Origin: Hemiscyllium ocellatum
Lineage: Eukaryota
DNA: 64,000 bases
Direction of reading: 5' to 3'
Assembly (NCBI RefSeq): GCF_020745735.1
Contig: NC_083409.1
Coordinates: 20,170,341 to 20,234,340, forward strand
A program made the position numbers and the translations under genes. Positions 22,367-35,200 of the stretch are shown here, one piece after another; within the stretch, counting starts at the first letter, position 1; each line of letters opens with the position of its first letter. Under the pieces are notes generated by a model. It did no database searches and was not told the DNA's origin. It was given only the letters and a program-made list of their open reading frames with translations.

Positions 22367-23221
22367 ATATTTCCTTCCCCTCCCCTATCAGTGTTCCGCA
22401 AAGACCACTCCCTTCGTGACTCCCTCGTCAGGTCCACACCCCCCCACCAACCCAACCTCCACTCCCGGCACCTTCCCCTGCAACCACAGGAAATGTAAAA
22501 CTTGCGCCAACACCTCCTCTCTTACTTCTCTCCAAGGCCCCAAGGGATCCTTTCATATCCGCCACAAATTCACCTGCACCTCCACACACATCATCTATTG
22601 CATCCGCTGCACCCGATGTGGCCTCCTCTATATTGGGGAGACGGGCCGCCTACTTGCGGAACGCTTCAGGGAACACCTCTGGGATGCCCGGACCAACCAA
22701 CCCAACCACCCCGTGGCTCAACACTTTAACTCTCCCTCCCACTCCACGAAGGACATGCAGGTCCTTGGACTCCTCCATCGGCAGAACATAACAACACAAC
22801 GGTTGGAGGAAGAGCGCCTCATCTTCTGCCTGGGAACCCTCCAACTACAAGGGATGAACTCAGATTTCTCCAGTTTCCTCATTTCCCCTACCCCCACCCT
22901 GTCTCAGTCAATTCCCTCGAACTCAGCACCGCCCTCCTAACCTGCAATCTTCTTCCTGACCTCTCCGCCCCCACCCCACTCCAGCCTATCACCCTCACCT
23001 TGACCTCCTTCCACCTATCACATCTCCATCGCCCCTCCCCCAAGTCCCTCCTCCCTACTTTTTATTTTAGCCTGCCTGGCACACTCTCCTCATTCCTGAT
23101 GAAGGGCTCTGGCCCGAAACGTCGAATTTCCTGTTCTTTGGATGCTGCCTGACCTGCTGTGCTTTAACCAGCAACACACTTTCAGCTCTGATCTCCAGCA
23201 TCTGCAGACCTCACTTTTTAC
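22367..23221 (+). mobile_element. Penelope-like element 3' part with GIY-YIG endonuclease reading frame
   Basis: ORF 22416-22940: CNHRKCKTC Cys linker, IIYCIRC..LYIGETGR..RFREH, HFN. Flanked by TCTAGAATTT (22357-22366) and TCTAAAATTT (23222-23231). Confidence 0.9.
23092..23127 (+). ncRNA. minimal type I hammerhead ribozyme motif
   Basis: ATTC-CTGATGA-A-GGGC-TCTG-GCCC-GAAA-C-GTC-GAAT. Full catalytic core, 4-bp stems I and II, palindromic ACGT in place of helix III, predicted cleavage after C23123. Confidence 0.8.
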
Positions 23222-24610
23222 TCTAAAATTTTACCAACAACCGAGGTTAGGCTAATTGGCCTATAATTTTCCATCTTTTGTCTTGACCCTTTCTTGAACA
23301 AGGGGTTTACTACAGCAATCTTCCAATCATCCGGGACTTTCCCTGACTCCAGTGACTCTCGAAAGATCTCAACCAATGCCTCTGCTATTTCCTCAGCCAC
23401 CTCTCTCAGAACTCTAGGATGTATCCCATCGGGGCCAGGAGATTTATCAATTTTAAGACTTTTTAGCTTTTCTAGCACTATCTCTTTTGTTATGGCAACC
23501 ATACTCAACTCAGCCCCCGACTCCCTTTATTCAGGAATTTTAATATGGTTCCTAACTCCCTAAATTCTGCTTGTAGGACCTCATTCCATTTATTACCAAT
23601 ATCATTCCTACATGAACCATCACAGCTAGCTGTTCACCTCCCCCTTCAGAAAGCCCTGCAGCCGATCTGAGACATTCCTGAGCCGTACAACTGGGAGGCA
23701 ACATGCTATTTGTGAGTCTTGTTTTTGACCACAGAACCGCCGATCTATTCCCCTTACAAAGTCCAAACAAACCATATCCATGGCCCCCCCTTATCAAATC
23801 CACTCGCTACATCCTCACACAATTCCAGTCAATCTCCCTTTCGACAATCCATGCTGACTCTGTTCAGTTCTGTCACTGTTTTCAAAGTACTAAGCTATAA
23901 AATATTTTATAATGAACTTGGGCATTTTCTCCACTGCTGATTTCTGGCTAATTGGTCTAAAATTTATTATTTTCCCTCTCTCCATCTCTCTCTCTCTTTC
24001 AATAATTGTGTTAAATTAGCTCTCTCCACTCTGTAGGACCTATTCCACAGTTGACAAACAGATAACCATCAATGTTTCTAATATTTTCCAACCACTTCCT
24101 GAAGCACTCCTGAAAATAGATTATTTGGCCCTGCTGATTTGACACACTTTAGTTTTCCCAGAACCATTTTACTCCAATAATTGACTTCCTTCAGCTCCTT
24201 CCACTGATAAAACTCCAAGTTCACCAACGTGTCTGAGATTTATTTGAGAATTCATTTGTGCAGAAAGATCCAGAATATGTTTATTTGTCATCTCTTTGTT
24301 CCAACTATGACATTATAACACTTGTGTGGAACTTCCTTGAATGTCATCTGGACATCCATATAAACAACACATTCCCTTATCTCATACATTAGTGGCCTTG
24401 TTAAAACATGTAACCAGGTTAATTAAAGATGTCTGACCCTTTTTAAATCCATACTGACTTACTCTGATCTGGTCATATTTGTCAGACAGTCGGTCTCTAA
24501 AACCAGATTTACTACTTCCCAACAATAGACATTCAACAGAGATGTTCATTGTGAGTGAGGTTAGTAAACAGCTAGCACTGACATAATGGGCTGAACAGCC
24601 CCCTCCTAGA

Positions 24611-27600
24611 GTCACAGAGTCAAAGAGAGGTACAGCATGGAAACAAACCCTTCGGTCCAACTTGTCCATGCCGACCAGACATCCCAAACCAATCTAGTCC
24701 CGCCTGCCAACACCTGGCCCAGATCCCTCCAAACCCTTTCTATTCATATACCCATCCAGATGCCTTTTAAATGTTGCAATTGTACCAGCCTCCACCACTT
24801 CCTCTGGCAGCCCATTCCACACTCGCACCACCCTGTGCGTGAAAAAGTTGCTCCTCAAGTCTCTTTTAAATTTTTCCCCTCTTACCCTAAACCTATGCCC
24901 TCTATTACTGGACTCCACCACCCCAGGGAAAAGACTTGGTCTCTTTGCCCTATCCATGCGCCTCATGATTTTATAAACCTCTGTAAGGTCACTCCTCAGC
25001 CTCTGACACTCCAGGGAAAACATCCTCAGCCTATTTAACCTCTCCCTATAGCTTAAATCCTTCAACCCTGGTAACATCCTTGTAAATCTTTTCTGAACCC
25101 TTTCAAGTTTCACAATATCTTTCTGATAGGAAGGAGACCAGAATTGAACGCAATACTCCAAAAGTGTCCTCGGTGATCTCCCAATTCCTGTACTCAATAC
25201 TCTGACCATTAAAGGAAAGCATACCGAATGTCTTCCTCATTATCCTATCTACCTATGACTCTTCTTTCAAGGAGCTATGAACATGCACTCCAAAGTCTCT
25301 TTGTTCAGCAACACTCCCGAAGACCTTACCATTAAGTGTATTAGTCCTGCTAAGATTTGCTTTCCCAAATGCCGAACCTTGCATTTATCTAAATTAAACT
25401 CCATCTGCCATTCCTCAGCCCAACGGCCCATCGGATCAAGATCCTGTTGTAATCTGAGGCAACCTTCTTCGCTGTCCACTACATCTCCAATTTTGGTGTC
25501 ATTTGCAAACTTACTAACTCTACCGCCTATGTTCATATCCAAATCATTTATGTAAATGACAAAAAGTAGTTGACCCAGGACCAATCCTTATGACACTCCA
25601 CTGGTCACAGGCCTCCAGTCTGAGAAACATCCCTCCACCACCACCTTCTGTCTTCTACCTTTGAGCCAGTTCTGTATCCAAATGGCTAGTTCGCCTGTAT
25701 TCCATGAGATCTAACCTTGCTAACCTGTCTCCCATGGGGAACCTTGTCGAATGCCTTACTGAAGTCCATACAGAGCCTGTCTAATGCTCTGCCTTCATCA
25801 ATTCTTTCTGTTACTTCTTCAAAAAACTCAATCAAGTTTGTGAGACATGATTTCCCATGCACAAAACCATACTGACTATCCCTAATCAGTCTTTGCTTTT
25901 CCAAATATATGGACAATCTGTCTCTCAGGATTCCTTCCAACAACTTCCTCACAACTGACGTCTGGCTCACTGGTCTACAGTTCCCTGGCTTGTCCTTACC
26001 ACCTTTCTTAAATAGTGGTACCAATTAGTGAACCTCCAGTCTTCTGGCACGTCATCTGTGACTATTGAGGATACAAATATCACAGTAAGAGGCCCAGCAA
26101 TCACTTCCCTAGCTTCCCACAGAGTCCTAGCGTACACCTAATTAGGTCCTGGGGATTTATTCACTTTTATGTATTTCACGACATCTGGCACCTCCTCGTC
26201 TGAAATATGAACATTTTTCAAGATGTCACCATCTATTTCCCTACATTCTATATCTTCAATATCCTTCTCCACAGTTAAACTGAAGCAAAATACTAGTTTA
26301 GTATCTGCCCCATCTCCTGTGGCTCCACATAAAGGTCGCCTTGCTGATCTTTGAGGGACCCTGTTCTCTCCTTAGTTACTCCCTTGTCCTTAATGTATTC
26401 GTAAATCCCCTCTGGATTCTCCTTAACCTTATTTGCTAAAGTTATCTCATGTCCCCTTGTTGCCCTCCTGATTTCTCTCTTAAGTATACTCCTACTGCCT
26501 TTGTATACCTCTAATGATTCACTCGATCAACCCTGTATATACCTGACATATTCTTTTTCTTAACCAAACCCTCAACTTCTCTTGTCATCCAATATTCCCT
26601 ACACCTACCAGCCTTTCCTTTCACCCTAACTAAAATATACTTTCTCTGGACTCAAGTTCTCTCATTTCTGAAGGCTTCCCATTTTCCAGCTGTCCCTTTA
26701 CCTGCGAGCAACTGCCCCCAATCAGCTTTTCAAAGCTTTAGATTAAATTACTTAGTGTGGAAACATGCCCTTCACCCCAACAAGTCCATACTGACCCTCC
26801 GAAGAGCAACCCACCCAGACCCATTCCCCTACGTTTACCCCTTCACCTCACACTATGGGCAATTTAGCATGGCCAATTGACCTAACATGCACATTTTTGG
26901 ACTGTGGGAGGAAACCGGAGCGCCCGGAGGAAACCCACACAGACACAGTGAGAATGTGCAAACCCCACACAGACAGTTGCCTGAGGTGGGAATTGAACTC
27001 GGGTCTCTGGCGCTGTGAGGCAGCAGTGCTAAACACTGTGCCACCGTGCCTGATACTGGCAAAATTAGCCTTCCTCCAATTTAGAACTTCAACTTCTGGA
27101 TCTGGTCTATCCTTTTCCATCACTATTTTAAAATGAATAGAATTACGGTCTCTGACCAAAAGTGCTCCTCCACTGACACCTCAGTCACCAGCCCTGCATT
27201 ATTTCCCAAGAGTAGGTCAAGTTTTGCAGCTTCTCCAGTAGGTACATCCACATACTGAATCAGAAAATTGTCTTGTACGCACTTAACAAATTCCTCTCCA
27301 TCTAAACCCTAAACACTATGGCAGTCCCAGTCTATGTTTGGAAAGTTAAAATCCCCTACTATAACCACCCCATTATTCTTACTGATAACTGAAATCTCCT
27401 TACAAATTTGTTTCTCAATTTCCCGCTGACTACTGGAGGGGGGGCTATAATATAATCCCAACAAGGTGATTACCCCTTTTTGCTCAGTTCCACCCAAATA
27501 ACTTCCCTGAATGTATTTCTGGGAATATCCTCCCTAAGTACAGCTGTAATGCTATCCCTTATCAAAAATGCCACTCCCCCTCCTCTTGTTCCTCCCTTTC

Positions 27601-28612
27601 TGTCCTTCCTATAGCATTTGTATCCTAGAACATTAAACGGCCAGTCCTGCTCATCTCTGAGCTGTGTTTCCGTAACTGCTATGGTATCCCAGTCCCATGT
27701 TTCTAACCACGCCCTAAGTTCATCTTCCCTCCCTGTTAGGCCTCTTGCACTGAAATAAATGCAGTCTAATTTATCAGTCTTACCTTGTTCTCTGCTTTGT
27801 CCCCGCCTGCCCTGACTGTTTGACTTGCCTTTGTTCTCAACTTTACCAATCTCAGATTGAAATCTTTCCTCACTATCTCCCTGGGTCCCACCCGCCCACC
27901 TTACTAGTTTAAATCCTCCCGAGCAGCTCTAGCAAATTTTCCTGCCAGTATATTAGTCCCCTTCCAATTTAGGTGCAATCCGTCCTTCTTGTACAGGTCA
28001 CTTCTACCTCAAAACAGCTTCCAAAGATCCAAAAAGGTGAATCCTTCTCCCGAACACCAGGTCCTCAGCCATGCATTCATCTGCTCTATCCTCCTATTCC
28101 TGCCCACAGTAGCTCATAGCACCAGGAGTAATTCAGATATTACTACTCTTGAAGACCTTCTTTTTAAATTCCTGCCTAACTCTCTGCAATCTCCCTTCAG
28201 AATCGCAACCGTTTCCCTTCCTATATCGTTGGTTCCAAAGTGTACAATGACATCCTGCTGGTCCCTCTCCACCTTAATAACATTCTGCACCCTCCCTGAG
28301 ACATCCTGATCCTGGCATCAGGGAAGCAACACAACATTCTGATATTTCACTGCTGGCCACAGAAACGTCTGTCTGTACCTCGGGTTAGAGAGTCCCCTAA
28401 CACAGTTGATCGTTTGGAACCCAACGTACCTCCCATTACATTAGAGCCAGTGCCAATACCAGAAACTTGGCTGCTCATGCTAAGTACCCCTGAGTTTCCA
28501 TCACCCCCTACATTTTCCAAAACAGCATACTTGTTTGAAATGGGAATAGCCACAGAAGACTCCTGCACTACTTGCCTACCTCTCTTGCCTTTCCTGGAGT
28601 TATGGTAAGAGT
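24611..28612 (-). mobile_element. CR1 element spanning ORF1 esterase region to 3' tail, degenerate, with HE1 insertion
   Basis: Minus ORFs 28347-28760 (IPISNKYAVL..VLGDSL), 27309-27497 (GDFNFPNIDW), 25686-26024 (DFSKAFDKVPH), 25267-25584 and 24694-25209. Confidence 0.9.
26738..27050 (-). mobile_element. HE1-type SINE
   Basis: Same head, core and tail as the other copies. Confidence 0.9.
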
Positions 28613-28799
28613 CCGTGGGATCCAAGGCATTTTGGCAAATTGGATCCAAATATGAGGCAAAGAGTGATGGTGGAGGGTTGTCTTTGTGATTGGAAGCCTG
28701 TGACCAGTGGTATAAGGGATTGGGGCTGGTACCCTTGCTGTTTGTAATGTATATTAACAAATTGACTGTGATTGTATAATTCGAAAGTTTTCAGAGGCC

Positions 28800-31700
28800 A
28801 CATAAATTGGTGGTGTTATTGATATTGACAATGAAGAGAAGGATGTGGAAGCATTTTTCATGTCATTAGTGAAGATAACAACACAAGTGAGATGGGAAAA
28901 ACAGGTTGGACCTTGGCCTTGCAAAAATGAACTTGGGAAGCACAAGAGGTTTCTACATTCCTGTCAGAGGAATGTTCTTGGGATCACGAGGAGGTGAAAA
29001 CGGCTATTCTAAGCACATATGAGTTGGCTCCAGAAACATACAGACAGATGTTTCAGAACTTACACAAACAGCCTGGACAAACCTGTACTGAGTTTAAGAG
29101 AGTTCAACAAAATAATGTTGACAGGTGGATAAGAGCATTAACAGCTGAGAATACTTACAATGCTCTCAGAGAAGTTATCCTTTGAGAAGAATTTAAAACT
29201 TCCTTCCCTTCTAGAATCAGAATTCATGTAGAAGACCAAAGGGGAACGACAGTAAGACAAACAGCTATAATGGCTAATGATTATAGACTTCGTTAAAACC
29301 AAAACCCTGCAGATGCTGGAATCCAAAGTAGACAAACAGGAGGCTGGAAGAGCACAACAAGCCAAGCAGCATCAGGAGGTGGAGAAGTCACCTGATGGGA
29401 GACCGATCCAGAAACCTTTTTCCCATCAGGCCCAGAAATGGGAGAAAAATTAAAATTGGGAGAGTCTAAGGACGGTAGATAGCCAGGGGAGAGAATGGAC
29501 AGGAGGGAACAGCCCGAGAACTCCTCCTCAGATTAAGAAGGAAATTGCTGAGGGTGGAAGTGATGATCAGAAGCTGAAATGTTTCTCTTGGAATAAGGTG
29601 GGCCATGTATGTTTGGAATGTTGGAAGTTGCGGTAAATCCATGGGATTTATGGGTGTTAGTAAAATGAGTCAGAGAAGGGAACACAGACAGATAATCCCA
29701 CGGAGCAGGTTGTAGCTGTAACTATAACAAAAAGGCTGGAGGTGAATTCTGTCATTGGTAAAGGAGGTTGTCAGGTAGGTGAGAGGTGGATAGGACTTTG
29801 ATCAAAAGGAATGGTGACTCCTTTTTCTTCAGCTAAACCCAGAACCAAACTGAGAGATACAGGAGCAACACAGTCACTTTTACTGGAGAAAGAATTGATT
29901 TTCCCTCCAGAGAGCTCGATGGAAGCTAAGGTATTAATCAATGGGATTGGTGGAGAATATATTCCACTTCCATTGTATACAGTACAACTGGAATGTGATT
30001 TGTTATCAGGAGAAATAATTGTCGGAATGGGAAAACATTCCATGTTGAAGGAGTCGATTTCCTTCTGGGGAAAGTTTTGTCAGGACTAAAGGCAGCAGCT
30101 TCCCCGATAATTACAGAATGTCCAAAGGAGGGCCAGGAAACAGAACAATGACAGGAACAGGTTCCTGGTCTCTCTCCTTCATGTGAGGTAACCAGGGCAA
30201 TGGTGAAACAAAATCCATCAATAAGGGTTGATGTGACATTACAGCGAGTGAAAGGATCGCTGAAACTTTCCGAAAGGGTGAAGATAATCCAGGTGGAGTG
30301 TTTGGTATGATGTCCCTAATTACAGCTGATCCAAAAAGCAGATCCTGAATGAAATAAATGAGCACAGTCAGCTCATACTGAGGTCGAGGCTGGAGGGGTT
30401 TCAGAGTGTTATTGTGTTCAGAATGGAGCACTGATGAGGAAGTGGAGATGCCCTCCCCCTCATCGACCCCAGATGAAGAATGGTCGGTTGGACATTGCCT
30501 AGTGGTCCCACCCAGCTATCATAGGGAGATAGTACAAGGGGCACATGAGACTCCCATGGCAGGTCACATGGGGATTTGGAAAACACAGGCATCCAGAAAC
30601 AGGTATTTTACTGAGCCACAATTGGATAAAGATGTGGTGCAGTTTTATAAAATGTGTCTTACTTGTCAAGTTATAGGTAAACCTCAATACAAAACCAGCA
30701 TCCTCAATTCCTCTCCCAGTTTTTGAGGAACCATCCCGTCATGTACAGGTTTGTCAAGTAGTGAGTATAACAGAGAAGGGGATCAGAAAAAGCTTGAGAT
30801 CAAAAAAGACCTGGGCACTTCCCAAAGTAAACTTCCTGTTATTAGATGAACAAATTCAGAGATATTTGAGACTTCAGACGCTGTATTTTTGAACCTGGAG
30901 AAAGATCAATAGGTAGATTTAGTGAAGTTGCTCAGACAATACAAAGATGCTTAAATGAGGAGTCGTTGAGGACTTTGGTTCTGTGCTTGATGGAGTTTAG
31001 AAAGATGAGAGGGAATGTCATTGAAACTTACAGAATACAGGGTGGCCTGGATAGAGTGGACATGGAGGAGATGTTTCTAATAATAGGAGAGTTGGAGACC
31101 CGAGAGCACAGCCTCAGAGTGAAGAGACGATCTTTCGAACTGAGTTGAGAAGGAATTTCTTCAGCCAGAGTGTCATTAATCTGTGGAACTGCAGAGGGCC
31201 TTGGAGGCCAATTCATTGAGTGTATTTAAGAAAGAGATAGATTGGCTCTTGATTGGTCAAGGGATCAAGATTTACAGGGAAAAGGGAAGGGATTGGGGCT
31301 GAGAAACATTATCAACTGTAAATGACCAGACATGATGGGCCAAATGGCCCAATTCCGCTCCTTTATCTTGTGGAATTGTATTGATACACTTAGATCTACC
31401 ATATGAATCAATTAGAACATGAATTTGGTAATTCAGACAAAATAAAACAAAAACCAACCGAAACCGGCAATGGAACAGAGGGTTTCCATGTTGGAGAATC
31501 AGCTGATTGAACCATATCAGAGTAATTGGAGTTCTCCTGTAATATTGGCTCCTGAACCAAACTGTTCAATTTAATTCTGTGTAGACTCGAGGAACGTGAG
31601 TCTCGTCACAAAACTAGATTCATTCCCTACTCCCAGCTGAGAAGGTTGTATAGAGAGGGTTTGTAGTATATCATTCTTGTATAAAATTGATTTATTAAAA

Positions 31701-31850
31701 GGATGTTGACAAGAACTCACTGATAACTAGAACTAAGCGAGTTTCTGTATTTATCACACCTAATGGATTATACCCAATGGCAAGTTTTGCTATGTGGACT
31801 TAACAACTCTCCAGTCACATTTGAATGATTATTGTGAAAGTGAACAAGGT
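28800..31850 (+). mobile_element. Gmr1-like Gypsy LTR retrotransposon relic (SCAN-like gag, Zn knuckle, PR, INT, RT)
   Basis: AILSTYELAPETYRQMF..DRW..LREVIL (28994-29185); DTGATQSL protease (29811-30089); AHETPMAGHMG..CLTCQ integrase zinc finger (30406-30726); RT fragments IEPYQSNWSSPV, IDLLKG, FITPNGLY from 31488. Order is PR-INT-RT. Confidence 0.8.
30955..31365 (+). mobile_element. CR1 3' fragment inserted in the Gmr1 relic
   Basis: ORF 30966-31148 RKMRGNVIETYRI..LDRVD..ETREHSLRV and CR1 tail. Confidence 0.75.
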
Positions 31851-32234
31851 TACACTCCCCCACATTACACTCCATCTGCCCAATATTTCTTCAAAGCCCA
31901 GCTGTATCTAATATTTAGTAGGATGGACCTTCACTGAGAAATAGCCATTTGTAACTAGAATAATGATATCTCTGAGAATCATATTAATCATTGTTTGTAT
32001 TGAAGCTTTCATTACTTCTGTGTTGATTGACACAATGCTCTGGTTTGGGCTTTGCTGTCTGTACAAACCATCTGTAATGTCTTTGCTGCAATGGTTCACA
32101 TTTACGTCATCAATCTCACACTCCAAATATCCCGTCATTATTCTCCATGGGATTCACTGGCATTGGCTCAGATCGAACTCCCAGCTGCTGAGATGGAGGG
32201 AGGGATATGGCTTACAGAGCAAGAGATGGAGCAC

Positions 32235-32400
32235 AGGGAGAGAGAGAGAGAGAAATAGATAGATAGATAGATAGAGAGATGGAACACTAAAAGAGAGGGG
32301 GATAGAGCTTGGTCAGAGAAAGAAGGATAGAACTTAGAGTGAGATCTATGCAACTGAGTTAGAGTGGGGTGGGGAGAAAGAGACAGAGAGAGAGAGATGG
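32235..32400. repeat. (GA)n/(GATA)n simple repeat
   Basis: Direct inspection. Confidence 0.85.
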
Positions 32401-32619
32401 AATCAAGGAGTTGTATGTCAAAGATAAATTATACTCTGTTAAAGATTGCACTAGATGAATGCTGACTCTCTGATTCTGAACACTACCTACAAAGCTGCCT
32501 AACTTTGTGACATTAGCAAACTAGAGTATCTGACTTTCTATGCCATTATTCAATGCATTAATAAATAATGTAAATAATTGAGGTGTGCACAGACATTCCT
32601 ATTGGACACCACTGATCAC

Positions 32620-34790
32620 ATCCTGCCAATTTCAGCATTTATCCATGATCCCTATTTTCTGTCACCTGTCACTCAACCAATTTCGGTATGGCAGTATTTT
32701 AGCCTCAATTCTGTGGATTTCAAACTGAGTTGACAGTTTCTTACATGCGATTTTATCAAATGCCTTCTGGAAGTCCCTATAAACAACATCCATTGACATT
32801 ACTGTGTCCAGTAATTTTGTTTCCTCTTCAAAAATGTTCAATGAGGTTTTTCACCATGACCAACTTGTCATGAATCCATGCTGATTCTCCTTGATTAACT
32901 GACCATTTTCAAGGTCTTCAGTTACCCCCAACCTTGATTATAGACTACAACAATTTCCACACCACAAACGTTGGCTTAGTGACCTGTAATTCCCTGGCTT
33001 TTCTCTAACAACCTTGTTAAATGTGAAATGAAATTTGCAATTTTCCAGTTCAGAGGTACGACTCCTGAATCCAGGTAACTCTGAAAGATTATAGTCAGTG
33101 TGTCTGCAATGTGGTCTATTACTACTTTATCACCCTCAGGTCCTGAGGATTTGTCACTCTTTAGTTCCATTATTTTCCTGATTACACATGTTATATTGAC
33201 ATTAACTTTATTCAGGTGACACAGTGGTTAGCACTGCTGCCTCACAGCACCAGAGTCCCAGGTTCAATCCCAGCCTTGGGTAACTGCCTGTGTGGAGTTT
33301 GCACATTGTCTGCAAGGGTTTCCTCCTACTATCCAAAGATGTGCAGTTCAGGTGAATTGGCCATACTAAATTGCCCATAGTGTTAGGTGCATTAGTCAGA
33401 GGGAAAATGGGTCTGGGTGGGTTACTCTTCGGAGGGTCAGTGTGGACTGGTTGGGCCAAAAGGTATGTTTGCACACTGCAGGAAATCTAATCAGTCCCTG
33501 ACACAGATCCTCTGTTAATTCCTTTGGGACTTCAGGCAAGTCCTCTTCCTTTTCTCCTGCAAATCTTGAGGTAAAGTATTTATTTAACATGTCTGTCATT
33601 TCCCCATTGTCACTGACAATATCCCTCACTTCCAGTCTTTAATGGCCAACATTGCTCCTGACCTCCCAGCTTCCCTTTTATGGAACTGTAACATTTCTCC
33701 TTATTGATTTTGTTATCCCGTACATGTTTCCTTTCAGAATCCCTTTTGGTAGCTCTTAGAAGCTGATATGGGCCCTTTTGTATCTTTCCCATTCAGTGGA
33801 ATCTGTCCTTATGTTTTGCTTTTCTGTAGGCCTTTTTTAAACATTTTATTCTTTCCCTTATCTCTTTAATTGACCATTGTTGTTTGTTCGCTTTTCCCTC
33901 TCAGGTATAAACTGGCTTTGTTTTGTGTTGAATGTTCCTCTAAATATTCCTCACTGTTCTTCAGCTGTTTTACCAATGAGCAGATTTTCCCAGTTTACTG
34001 TGGGCAGTCTCTGTCGCATCTCGTTAAAGTCGGCCCTTACCTTCATCTCAAAATCGAGCAGCTGATTCATGCTTTTTACTTTCAAATGCGACACTGAACT
34101 AGATCATGTTATGATCACTATTTGATAACTGTTCATGCACAAGTAGTTATGAACTAAATCTGGCTCATTATTCATTACTAATTCCAATATTGCTTGTCCC
34201 CTTGTTGTATCCAGGACCTATTGCTGTTGGAAACTATTCTGGACACAAAGCAGCAATTCATTACCTTTCTGATAGATGGCTTGTCTGTCTCCCAATCCAA
34301 GTTAAAGTTAAACTTCCCCATTAATAATACACTGGCTTTGCTACACACTTGTCTAATTCCTCCATTTATATAATCCAGCACCTCAGAGCTGCTGTCAGGG
34401 GGGTCTGTATCCAACATCTATTACAGTTTTAGATCCTTTCCTGCTCCTCAGTTCCACTGAGTGTTTTCTCCTCATTATGACCTCCCTCACCATTGAAGCC
34501 ATTTTTTCCTAATCAATAAAGCTGCTTCACCTCTTCTGCCATTTCCCCATATCCATCCTGTGAATCTTCTAACCCGATAATCTGAATGATTCTGCAGCTA
34601 TGTCTCAGTAATTGATCCGATGCCACAATCTTAAATGTGAATTTGTGCCTGCAGATTATTGAATTTATTCCTTACGCTCCGTGCATTTGTATATAGAACT
34701 CTTGTTTGGTCCATTCACTGGAATCTGTTCCTCAGCACTGATGCTGTATTCACCTCTTTCTTATTTCTCTCTATCTGTTTAATCAATATC
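32620..34790 (-). mobile_element. old CR1 ORF2 relic
   Basis: Minus ORFs 32976-33170, 33396-33629 and 34178-34417 (FNFNLDW) are heavily degenerate CR1 ORF2. Confidence 0.7.
33215..33492 (+). mobile_element. HE1-type SINE (diverged)
   Basis: CACAGTGGTTAGCACTGC head, GGTTCAATCCC B box, shared core. Confidence 0.85.
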
Positions 34791-35200
34791 ATAGAACATA
34801 GAACATAGAAAAATACAGCGCAGTACAGGCCCTTCGGCCCTCGATGTTGCACCAACCGAAGCCGACCTAACCTACACTAGCCCAATAACCTCCATATGCT
34901 TATCCAATGCCCGCTTAAATGACCATAAAGAGGGAGAGTCCACCACTGCTACTGGCAGGGCATTCTATGAACTCACAACCCGCTGAGTAAAAAATCTACC
35001 CCTAACATCTGTCCTATACCTACCACCCCTTAATTTAAAGCTGAGTCCCCTAGTAACAGGTGACTCCATTAGGGGAAAAAGGTTCTCACTGTCAACCCTA
35101 TCTAAAACCCTAATCATCTTGTACACCTCTATCAAATCTCCCCTAAACCTTCTTTTCTCCAATGAGAACAGCCCCAAGTGCCTCAGCCTATCCTTCTGAT
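34790..35200 (-). mobile_element. young CR1 3' end with (TTCTATG)n tail
   Basis: LGLFSLEKRRFRGDLIEVYK..RGRFFTQRVV; inserted in an ORF1 esterase relic. Confidence 0.8.

Larger units (their letters stand above)
21023..23530 (-). mobile_element. relatively young CR1 RT fragment interrupted by a Penelope-like element
   Basis: ORFs 23218-23508 (PGPDGIHPRVL..NYRPISLTSVVGKILE), 21489-22253 (LDFQKAF..PQGSVLGP..INDLD) and 21109-21576; tail (CTTATGGT)n. Confidence 0.9.

Noticed and set aside
28994-29185. Host SCAN-domain zinc-finger gene
   Set aside because: Embedded in Gypsy gag-pol remnants with stops and frameshifts; no C2H2 array.
31908-32262. ORFs 31908-32138 and 31963-32262 as a small gene
   Set aside because: No recognisable motif, no splice support, and length is within the chance range.
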